In this document: one piece after another, positions 8,986 to 18,700 of the stretch
How the letters are laid out: every line of letters begins with the position of its first letter
Position numbering within the stretch: position 1 is the first letter of the stretch
Virus record (IMG/VR): IMGVR_UViG_3300039916_000013
Span: 1 to 56,808 of that record
From: a virus
Taxonomy: Duplodnaviria; Caudoviricetes
Length of the DNA stretch: 56,808 bases
Direction: 5' to 3' (one strand)
Program-made: the position numbers and the translations under genes
The notes under the pieces: model-generated
Databases searched by the model: none
Told to the model about the DNA's origin: nothing
What the model saw: the letters and a program-made list of their open reading frames with translations, nothing else

Positions 8986-9211
8986 GATTAACTACTTCGC
9001 GGGACGGGGTAGTTTCGGAGAGCCGACTGAGCCGCCGCGAAGGTCGGCTCTCCATCAAAACTTGGCTCCACCTGTTGCCGTCGATCGGCCAAGTGCCAGC
9101 AATGGTCCGGCACCGTACTGATACCCATCAATCTCGAACTATTGCCGCCCTACCTATCGACTTGCCTACTCGCAGCTGTTCAAACACGGCAAAGATGCGA
9201 AAGGCTGACCG

Positions 9212-9337
9212 ATGGCATATGAATGGGATAGTGCAAAGGTCCGCAAAGCCTACAGAATAAAGATGGCCGTAGCCTGTCTGGCAGCGTTGATCATGGCCGC
9301 GATCCCTCTAGGCCTGATCTTTATCAGCCTAGATTGA
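9212..9337 (+). CDS. 41-aa small membrane protein
   Basis: MAYEWDSAKVRKAYRIKMAVACLAALIMAAIPLGLIFISLD: basic N-terminus plus TM. Confidence 0.55.
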   Translation: MAYEWDSAKVRKAYRIKMAVACLAALIMAAIPLGLIFISLD

Positions 9338-9561
9338 GGCCGCGGCGATACCCGCTGGCGAATCACTTCCGCCCGGGATTTTTTCTGATGCGTCGAGGTG
9401 GTGCCTTGTCACTACAGCGGCAGAGGCTCGGCGTTCGGTTCTAGCTCCCCTACAATTGCCGCCGAGCCTCACACTCCACTGCAGTGCGTGCGAACGGTGG
9501 TCATTGTGGTCTCCGATGTTTAGGGGAATTTCGATCAGGTCGAGACGACGGGCACGAAGAG

Positions 9562-9587
9562 AAAAGGCCCCCGTAAAAGAGGCCTCT
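9562..9587 (-). terminator. Intrinsic terminator after the RTX-like gene
   Basis: Minus strand AGGCCTC-ttttac-GGGGGCCT followed by T-rich tail. Confidence 0.7.
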
Positions 9588-9624
9588 GCATGTGTGTGAG
9601 GAGCTGTGCGCCGAAGGTACGTTG

Positions 9625-10764
9625 CTAGAAGAGGAAGTCGCCTTTGCTAAACGCTAGCGGATCGTCAAAGTGGATCGCGAAATCGATCTTCTTGTCACCG
9701 TTGAGATCGCCATACACGTAGCTGTCCGACGCGTGTTTCTCGTAGCGAAGCTCGCCGGCTTTCCCGGTGAAGTTCTTCGAGCCGATGAAGTTGAAGTCCT
9801 GGCTGCCGGCCAGCTTGGAGTTGGCATCGATCTGCGACAGATCGATTTTATCTCTCTGCGCTCTGCTGAAATCGAGAATGGTGTCGACGTTCGCACCCTT
9901 CGACTCCGACACGTTCTTGAACACGAACAGATCAGCGTCGGTCCCGCCCGTGAGGGTGTCCTTCCCCGCGCCGCCGATCAGCTTGTCTTTGCCGGCATAC
10001 CCGTAAAGCTTATCGTTCCCTGCGCCGCCGTCAATCTCGTCGGCACCACCAGCGCCTTTCAGTGTCTGGGAGGCCTTCGTGCCGACGATTTTATCGACGA
10101 CGTTGTTTACGTCGATAAGGAAAGCCCATGAGGTCGAGTTCCCGGCGGGGTCCCGAGCTTCGATGTTGATCGAGATGGCCTTCGCTGGTCCGAGCGTCTC
10201 GTAATCCAGAGGCTTGGCGACCACCAGTTTGTCGCCATCCACAGCAAAGTAGCCAGTATTGTCTGCCAGATGGAAACTGACTGGCATGCCTTCAGGGTCG
10301 GTCGCAGAGAGGGTTCCGACGACAGTTCCAATAGCAGTGTTTTCGTTGACTGAGGATCTGGAAAGCTGCGGAAAGGATGGCTCGAAATCGAATGACGGAG
10401 GCGTCCACGGGTCAATAACGGGTGGGACCCAAGGTTCAGAAACTACCGGCCTGTCGATCTCAATCGTTCGATCTAGAAACCTGAGGATCTCAACGTCTCC
10501 GCTGATCTGAATGCCATCCGGCATCCCTGGGCGCAGATCGCGGACCACGGCGCCAGACCCTATATAACTGTCGTAGGATGTTACGATCGTATAATCTGCA
10601 GCAAGACCGCTGAACACGAGAGTGTCGCGGCCGAATGAGCCATCGATTTTGTCGGCGCCCGACGAAGCGAAAATGACATCATCGCCTCCTTCCGCGAAGA
10701 TTGCGTCGGACTCTGAAGTCCCGTAAAATGTTTCTGCGCCAGCGGTCCCGAAATATGTAGCCAT
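9625..10764 (-). CDS. RTX-type Ca-binding protein with cadherin-like domain and serralysin-like C-terminus (probable type I secretion substrate)
   Basis: GGxGxD repeats (GAGGAD, GGAGND, GGAGKD); cadherin motifs VNEN, ATDPEG, LDYET; tail DTILDF...DKIDLSQIDAN...DFLF. Confidence 0.88.
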   Translation of the reverse strand: MATYFGTAGAETFYGTSESDAIFAEGGDDVIFASSGADKIDGSFGRDTLVFSGLAADYTIVTSYDSYIGSGAVVRDLRPGMPDGIQISGDVEILRFLDRTIEIDRPVVSEPWVPPVIDPWTPPSFDFEPSFPQLSRSSVNENTAIGTVVGTLSATDPEGMPVSFHLADNTGYFAVDGDKLVVAKPLDYETLGPAKAISINIEARDPAGNSTSWAFLIDVNNVVDKIVGTKASQTLKGAGGADEIDGGAGNDKLYGYAGKDKLIGGAGKDTLTGGTDADLFVFKNVSESKGANVDTILDFSRAQRDKIDLSQIDANSKLAGSQDFNFIGSKNFTGKAGELRYEKHASDSYVYGDLNGDKKIDFAIHFDDPLAFSKGDFLF

Positions 10765-10914
10765 TCCACCCTCACCAGTTAATAGGCCATATTCTCGCGT
10801 AGCTATCTACCGTCAATCCTCAGTTATCATCGATAACCCGCATACACCTGCCGTTAACGCAGCGGTTTATTCAGGCGAGGATCCATTAACAGCAATTTCC
10901 ACGACTTCGACCTC

Positions 10915-11151
10915 TCAATTGATGGTCTTCGCCGCCTCGATCGCTTCGCCAGCAGATGCTTCTACTGGCGCCAGCGCTGGTGCCCGGTTCGGGTTGGGCT
11001 TCGCGTCGACGTAATCCGGCTCATGTTTCTTGAGCGCGTCGTAGGCTTCAGTGAGCTGCGCAGACAGGTGGTCAATACCCTGGGCGAGGCTGTCGCATTC
11101 GTTCTGCAGGCCTTCGTTGCGGCGCTTCAGGGAGCTGATAATCATGGACAT
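10915..11151 (-). CDS. Hypothetical coiled-coil phage protein
   Basis: AAGGA RBS before MSMIISSLKRR. Confidence 0.65.
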   Translation of the reverse strand: MSMIISSLKRRNEGLQNECDSLAQGIDHLSAQLTEAYDALKKHEPDYVDAKPNPNRAPALAPVEASAGEAIEAAKTIN

Positions 11152-11204
11152 GCTGAGTTTCCTTGTGAGGTTGTCTTTGGTAGGGCGCACAGGTCTTCGA
11201 CCCG

Positions 11205-11885
11205 TCACGCTGCCCAGTTAACATCGGTCGCGGTATTGATTGCCTCGGCAGTCTCAGCGCCGGCGATCGCCATCTTGGCCGCCATGCGCTTGCCTTCTAT
11301 GCCAGCCGATACCTGCTGCCAACCGCGGAAGGTCTCGATGATCTCCACCGCCTTGTCGCCCTTCGACATGCCCGTCGCCTGCGCCTCGACCACGATGTGC
11401 GGGATTTCGGAGTCGGCAATCGAGCCGTTCGCTACCTTGGCGCGGGCTTCCTCCAGCTTCTGCTGGTAAGCCATGGACTGGCCGACACCTGCCGTAATGA
11501 ACTGGAGACGGAAAGCCTCGGCGGAACGATCGACCTTAACGACGGCAGCGGCGCGCAGCGCGTCGAGATCTTCTTCGGCAGCAACAGGCGCCCAGCGATC
11601 GACGATCGTCTGAATGTTCTGCGTGATCTCCGGCCAGTCTCCGACGTTGGCCACCGCCGCATCTTCGGCCTTGCTGAACTGTTCGGCCAGCGCATCCTGC
11701 TCAGGCTTCTCAAGCTCACTGAAAACCTTGGCGCCAAGAGCAAGCCAGAACTCGGTTTCGTTGTAGATCTGCTGGCGAGCAAGCCAGAAGGCGGCCGACG
11801 CAACCCAGCGGTCGACGATATTGGCCTGGCAGGCTTTGATGGCCGCGTCAGCCATCGCCTCGTACATGCTGTCAATCCGATACAT
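11205..11885 (-). CDS. Tail-fibre-associated / assembly protein
   Basis: Position after fibre; C-terminal GQSMAYQQKLEEA...IEGKRMAAK pattern; GGAG RBS. Confidence 0.7.
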   Translation of the reverse strand: MYRIDSMYEAMADAAIKACQANIVDRWVASAAFWLARQQIYNETEFWLALGAKVFSELEKPEQDALAEQFSKAEDAAVANVGDWPEITQNIQTIVDRWAPVAAEEDLDALRAAAVVKVDRSAEAFRLQFITAGVGQSMAYQQKLEEARAKVANGSIADSEIPHIVVEAQATGMSKGDKAVEIIETFRGWQQVSAGIEGKRMAAKMAIAGAETAEAINTATDVNWAA

Positions 11886-12315
11886 CTTCTTCTCCGGTTT
11901 TGTTTTCGAACGGGCCGCTATCAGGCCAAAGTTCATCTCGTTCGATGTTGACGATTTTCTCACCCGAACGTATTCGGGCTTTGAGATCGGACGCGCTTAG
12001 CGCAAGCGCGCTGATATACGAGAGCGCATGGGAACCAGCCTCAACGACCCTCTGTGCATCCATAGGTACGACTGTGTTGTCAGCCAGGATCCACGCGAAT
12101 TCCCGCGGCGGACCGTTCCACCCGAAATCCCCGGGTTTCGCGCCTTTGTCGATAGCCAGTCGAGCGGCGCTGATAGCCATGCCGATGAACGACCGGTCTT
12201 TATCTCGAACCTGGATCCGTCCCTCTAGTATGAAAAATCCGGCACCTTGACGCCGGATCAGTTCCTTGTCGACGACGTCTGTCGTCGCCGCGTTGCCTTC
12301 AAGTCGAAGTTTCAT
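11872..12315 (-). CDS. DUF4376-like tail-associated protein
   Basis: IQVRDKDR...WILADNTVVPMDA...LKARI...WP pattern. Confidence 0.7.
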   Translation of the reverse strand: MKLRLEGNAATTDVVDKELIRRQGAGFFILEGRIQVRDKDRSFIGMAISAARLAIDKGAKPGDFGWNGPPREFAWILADNTVVPMDAQRVVEAGSHALSYISALALSASDLKARIRSGEKIVNIERDELWPDSGPFENKTGEEDVSD

Positions 12316-12718
12316 TGACGATCACCTCAACTGTCAAAGGCTTATGGCTACCGAGCGACAGAGCGATTTCGTAGTTGCCCGCTACGTAGGCTACGATCTC
12401 CAATGTCTCGTCTTCGACTGTCGAAACATCACCACTGATATCAACCTCAGTCCCGTTCGGAACTGTGTAGGTCCGCTCCTCTCCCGGAGACATATTGAGC
12501 TGTTCCGGAATGTCGAAGACCGGCCGCGGCGTGAAGGTGATAGTCGTGAGATCCACGTACCAGTCGTTCATGTTCGAGACTTCAGCCATCTGCTCATCGC
12601 TGATTTGCAGATACACGTGATCGTCGGGCTTGCTCGCGTTGACGATCAGCTCCGGCGTGGTTTGCCTTGTGTGCTCGATCGCGCCGTTATCCAAGCTGTA
12701 GCATACGTAGTTGGCCAT
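12299..12718 (-). CDS. Hypothetical tail-associated protein
   Basis: 139-aa ORF 5 nt after the tail-tip gene. Confidence 0.75.
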   Translation of the reverse strand: MANYVCYSLDNGAIEHTRQTTPELIVNASKPDDHVYLQISDEQMAEVSNMNDWYVDLTTITFTPRPVFDIPEQLNMSPGEERTYTVPNGTEVDISGDVSTVEDETLEIVAYVAGNYEIALSLGSHKPLTVEVIVNETST

Positions 12719-12723
12719 GGTGC

Positions 12724-15700
12724 TTACCTCTTGGTTACGATCGCGGTTAGGAACCTGAGGCTGGTTGTCGCCGTCTGCGCGCCGACGGTGTCACGACGGA
12801 CGAGCAGTCGGTAGTTGAAGGTGCCGGTACCGGGGGTGTCTTTCAACATGACCACGAACTGCCACGGAGATTCAGCAGACCATCCGAAATAAGGGACAAT
12901 GCTGCCTCCCGTCGTCGACTCTCGGTACTTCGGCCCCCGCTGACGCTGCTCCATGCCGATCGCGGTACTGCCTCGATATATGCGGGCGAAGACGTCGGTG
13001 GTTTGCGCGTTGGAGTCCAGGACAACGCTGACGCAACCCCAGACTGTGACGTTCTCGCCCGCTGCAACGGTTACAGTCACGTCGGCAACCTGAACGCTGG
13101 CGGCTGTCGTCAGATTGAGCGTTGCACTCGAGTCAAACGTATCGACCTGTGTGACGGCCCCATTGTTGATGTTGCTCTTGTCGACCATCAGGGTTCCGAT
13201 GATCGCGTTGGAAATGTTGACGTTGCCGAGAGTTGCAGAGATTGCATCAAGGCGGTTTACGTTCAGCTGGCTGGCCGTGATGCTACCGTCGACGATGAGC
13301 TCGGCGGCGTTTTTCTGACGGACAGAGATACCGCCGATATAGACTGGACCGCTTGTGGCGCCGAGCCATACGCGCACTTCGATCAAAGCCGTGGCCGCGC
13401 CTGCGGGCAGCGTGACAGTCATGCTTTTATTCCACACACCCGATGCCCGAGCCTCCTCGAGATCGTAGTAAGCGATAACGCCGCCACTCCCGTTCAGGAT
13501 AAGGAAGCGGACGTGAGGATGCTGATTGTCGTTCGCATATGACCACGCCTCAAAGCGGTATTGCTTCCCCCCCTGCACAGGGAAAGGCAACCCTTGAACC
13601 GGTCCGGCGTAACTCTGCGACCCATAGTTTCCACCCGCATAGCGGACGGAGTTATACGAAGGCATGCCCGCGAGATTGTGATCTCCCCACAGTCCCCAAG
13701 CGCTACCCATGTTGGCCCAAGAAGCGGCATCGAGCATCTGGTTGTCGGGAACAAGATTATCAAACGCTGTGAGAACAAGATGCCTTGCCGTGATCTGGTT
13801 TGCGGCAATCTTATCAGATCCGATTGAGTTAGCCGCGATCTTGTCCGAGGTGACGGAGCCTGCGTAGATTTTGTCAGCGGTTACGGCGTTGGCCTCGATT
13901 TCGATGGCCCTGACTGCTCCGGTGTCAAGCTTTCCTGCAACGATCGCTTTAGCCCGGATCTTGTCGGCGGTGATTGCGCCGGTGGTAATATGGCCGTCGG
14001 CGATCAGGGTAACTGCACCGCTGCTCCAGTTGGATAGCTCGGTCTGGTAGTTGGTCGCTTCACCGAAGTACGGGTGGGCCAGCCAGGTATAGCTGTCTAT
14101 ACCGTAGGCATCGGTGTGACCCCAGCACCGGAAAAATACTTGAGCATAGACTGCGCCTGCGGGAGCGGTCGCGACGAGGCCTGCGCCACGACCATAATTG
14201 CCAAGGCTCTCACCCGGGTTGCCGTTTTGATGCGTAGGTTGATCCGCAAACGAATAATCTATGACTCCATCCGCGGCATTCCGCCATTCGATGTGAGCCC
14301 GCACGTAATCGCTTCGATGTCCGTATGCGTAGACGGAGACTTCATAGCGCTTGCTTGGTGTAGTTGCGAAGCGCATAGCGGCGCCCGTGGCTACATTGAT
14401 AGGGGAAACGTCTGCAAACTGACCGTTTACCCTTGCACCGCTTTGCAAAACCTGAAGCGAACCAGTCGGGATACCATACGTGTCGCTCCTGATCTGCACA
14501 TTACTCCAGGTGCCGCCGGAGTAATAGACCGACCACCCTGTTAAACCAGCGGAGAAGTCCGCATTCGGGATCTGATTGAGACCTGTGCCGACAGCCAGCT
14601 TGTCAGCGGAAATGGCGCCGGCCAGAATTTTCGGTGACGTAATAGCATCGGCCGCGATTTCCTGGGCGCGGACAGCGCCGGCCGCAATCTTACCGACGGT
14701 AACAGCGTTTGCCTCGATCTTGTCTGACTTGATCGCACCGGCTTCGATTTTGACGGCAGTGATCGCATTGGCCTGGATCTTGTCGGCAGTGATCGCATTG
14801 GTGACAATATTGCCGTTCTCGATAAGCGTGATGCCGGAGCTCGACCAGTCGCTGGGCTCAGTCTGATTAGCCTTCGCTTTTCCGAAAAACACGTTGGTGA
14901 CGAACATGTAGCTGTCACTACCTGCATTCGTCGCCTGCTTCCTGAAGTAAGCAATCGCAGCGACGGCATCAGCCGGAGCATTTCCAATCCAGAAACAGCG
15001 CTTGAAATCGTTCAGAGACTTTCCGCCCGCCTTCTCGCTCGCGTTCGTTGAGCCTACGAGTTCCGCCACGACATTGCCTGCCGAGTTGAGGAACGCAATC
15101 ATTGGAAATCCGGTGCAGCGATGGCAACCGAGATAACCAGAAACCTCGTAACGCTGACTGCCTTCGACCGGCCGGATACGGCTACCGCCCGACGGGACGA
15201 GATTGAGGAAGGCGCCCGTATTATTGTTAGGCTGGCCAACGATGGCGGTATGACCCTGATACGGAGTCCAGCTCCCGCTATTGTCTGCCACAAGTGTTCC
15301 GAGTGACGTGCTGCCTTCCAGCTGCCACCCCGTGATACCTGCGCTAAAATCAGGGTTGTTGAACCAGTTGCTGGCTACACCAACGGCGAGCTTATCAGCA
15401 GAGATCGCACCCGCTGCGATCTTCGCAGCGATAACAGCATTCGCTGCGATCTGATCGGCACTTACGGCGCCGGCCGCAATCGTTCCGGCTGTGACAGCAT
15501 TGGCTGCAAGTGTGCCGGCAGTGACAGCACCGGCATTAATCTTCCCAGCAGTGACCGCGTTCGCAGCGATCTTCTCAGCGATGATCGCATTGGCTGCGAT
15601 TTCGGCCGCGGTGACGTTCAAGGCTGCAATTTTCGCAGTCGTGACAGAGTCGGACGCAAGCTTCACTGTTGTGATAGCATTGGTTGCGATCTGGTCGGCG

Positions 15701-18700
15701 CTTACGGCCGCAGCAGCGATCGTACCGGCTGTGACAGCGTTCGCGGCAAGCGTGCCAGCAGTGACCGATCCTGCGTTGATCTTGCCCGCAGTAACAGCAT
15801 TGGCCGCGATCTTTTCCGCAATGATCGCACCAGCTGCAATTTCAGTCGCCGTGACGTTTAGCGCCGCAATCTTCGCAGTCGTGACGGATTCCGCTGCCAG
15901 CTTGACTGCGGTAATCGCATTCGCTGCGATCTGGTCGGCGCTTACGGCCGCTGCGGCAATTTTGCCCGCGGTGATAGCGTTCGCTGCGATAGTGTCGGCA
16001 GTGACAGCATTAGCCGCAATCTTACCTGCGGTGACAGCTTCTGCCGCAATCATGTTGGCGGCGATCGAGCCATCAACAATCAGCTGCGCGGCGTTAGCAC
16101 GGCGTAGTACCACGCAGTCGAAGTCGACGAGCGCGGTTGTCGTATTCGTGCTATGGTTATAGAGCTGAACGATGGCGAAGTCGGCACCCGCCGGAACATT
16201 CACTTTGCCGCTTTTGAACGTCCAGGAAGTTGCTATAGGCTGGTTGCCCACCAGGTCATTGAGGTTCGGTGTGACGGTGGCGGCTTTGCTCCCATCATAC
16301 CAAAGGATGCGGTAATAGGCGCCGGCGCCGGCGCCGGCCGCAGCATCTCCCTTATATGCAATTTCCCAATAGAGGACTTCACCGGGTACGACAGGAATGT
16401 ACTGCTGCCCACGAACATTCATACTGGTGGTCAGTGCGCCCGTCTTATCAAGGCGAAGGTAACGAGAGCCAGAACGCGCGTTTGCAGGATCTTCTACGAA
16501 GCTTACGGACAATCCGCCGCCCCGCCCCCAATATGCAGCGACGTTCGAGTTGTCAGAAAAATCGCCGTTTGGAACGATGTTCTGCATGTCGGTGAGCACA
16601 AGATGTCGCGCGACGATAGCCTGAGCGGCGATCTTATCGGCGACAACTGCGTTCGCCTGAAGCTGCGGCGTCGAGATCGCATCGTCAGCAATCTTTGTGT
16701 TCGTGATCGCGTTCGTCGCGATCTTTGCGGAGTCGACCGCGAGGGCTGCAAGTTTGGCGTTTGTGATAGCCAGGTCCGCAATTTGCGTGGCGACCAGCTG
16801 ACCAGACACATCAACAGCCGCAACCGATGAAATCCAGCCCGATCCCGTGTTTCGGTACTGCTTATCATCGGTTGTGAGGAATACGGTGCGCCCTTCGATA
16901 TGGGGAGCACCGGGAAGCACCGAAACCACTTCTACAGGCTTGATTGAAGCCGCAAATTTAGTGGCAGTGATCGCGGCATCAGCCATCTTTTCGGCGGTAA
17001 TCGCAGCGTCAGAGATCTGCGTCGAAAGAAGCTGTCCGGTAAGATCCACAGCCGCGACCGTCGAAATCCAGCCTGAGCCAGTGTTTCGGTACATCTTATC
17101 ATCGGTGGTGAGGAAGACAGTCCGGCCCTCGACGTGTGGCGTTCCAGGCAATACCGAAACGACCTCGACGGGCTTTACAGACGCTGCGAACTTTGTGGCG
17201 GTGATCGCGGCATCAGCCATCTTCGCCGCCGTGATTGCTGCGTCAGAAATCTGCGAACTGATCAACTGCCCGGAAACGTCCACCGCAGCGACCGTAGATA
17301 CCCACCCCGATCCCGTGTTGCGGTACATTTTGTCGTCGGTGGTGAGGAAGACAATACGCCCCTCGACATGCGGCGCGGCCGGCAACGAAGATACCACCTC
17401 GACTGGCTTGATCGACGACGCGAACTTGGTGGCTGTGATAGCGGCATCTGCCATCTTGGCCGCAGTAACGGCAGCATCAGCGAGCTTGGCCGAAGTGATG
17501 GAACCGTCGCCTACGTCCGCAATAAGCAGTTCATAAGAGTCTCCATCCCACTGCAGTAGCTTGCCGTTGTAGAAGATGGTTTCCGTCGACTTGACCGTCG
17601 GCTTCGGCTGGCCAGCGGCAATGATGGTGACAGGCTGAATTCCAGATGCAAACTTGGTCGCATCAACAGCACCTTGCGCAAGTTTCTGCGCTGTAACCGC
17701 GGCATCCGCGAGTTTGGTGGAGATGATGGCCTGGTTGGCAATTAGATCTGCCGTCACGGCAGCGATGGATATTTTAGACGTCGACACGGCTTGGTCGGCG
17801 AGCTTGAGGCTGGTTACCGCGTCGTTCATGATCTTAGAAGCGGTTACCGCAGCGTCGGCGATCTTCTGAGCCGTAATCGAATTATCAAGAACGTCGGCTT
17901 GGGAGATAAGAGTACCTGTTGCTTGAACCGTTTCCTTCCATCCCGTGTAGTTCTTTAGGCGATCTGGAACCGTAGTAATCGTTGCACGCGCAACGTAAAT
18001 CTCATCCGACACCACGTTCTTGGTAGTCGTGTAAGTTCCGGCCTCTGGATCGTTTGACTGATCCTCGAATAGCTCCTGACCGTCGTCATTAGGCCTATAG
18101 AAGAAGCGAACAGCCGTAATCGTCGGGTCATCGGGAGGATCCCACGTGAACTTAAGCGCGGGCACGTCGAAGCCAGAGGCACCAGTGATTACGCCGGCTT
18201 CAACGTTGAAATTCTGGACCGTCGAAAGCATTGACGGATTTACCGACGGCGTCGGCGGGATGACAACCGGCCCCGCTTCGATGTCGTCGTCGTCGTAGAT
18301 GTCTGCGCCCGTCTCAACGAGCTTCAACGTGACACGGAATTCTTCGTCGAGGTTCCACTCCGAGATCATCCACTCCCGGCCACGCCATTCGACCCATTCG
18401 CCTTCCTGAACACGGAAGCCGACAGCACGGCTGACAGGCAGCGTGGCAGTCGCGCCCTTGCGATTCTGGCGATAGCGGATGTTGAGCAGGTACTGCGCAA
18501 GATCCGGGTCGCTGACCTGCAGGAAGTCATTCGATGTCTGGCGGTTGCGGCTATCCTCAGCGATATCAGCGTTGACATAGACCGGCTTCAGGCTTTCCGG
18601 GTTCCACATCGATTCAATCGAGGTGAACTGACCCGCGAGATGATTGAACCTGTCGAACGCGGACTTGCGGAACTGGATGTCTTTGGCGCGATCGACGGGA

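Larger units (their letters stand above)
8628..9470 (+). repeat. Array of repeated structured elements (putative sRNAs): A at 8628-8675, 8882-8928, 9423-9470; B at 8736-8800, 8990-9053
   Basis: A = GAGGCTCGGCG...CGCCGAGCCTC hairpin; B = AACTAC..GGGA..GTAGTT plus GGAGAGCCGAC..GTCGGCTCTCC; 254-nt period; G-U wobbles favour + strand. Confidence 0.8.

Noticed and set aside
8519-9260. ORFs 8519..8953 and 8871..9260 across the hairpin array
   Set aside because: No RBS, Arg/Ser-rich composition; repeats are conserved as stems, not codons
8628-9470. CRISPR array interpretation of the repeats
   Set aside because: Units are too long and divergent, the 254-nt period does not fit repeat-spacer geometry, and no cas genes are present
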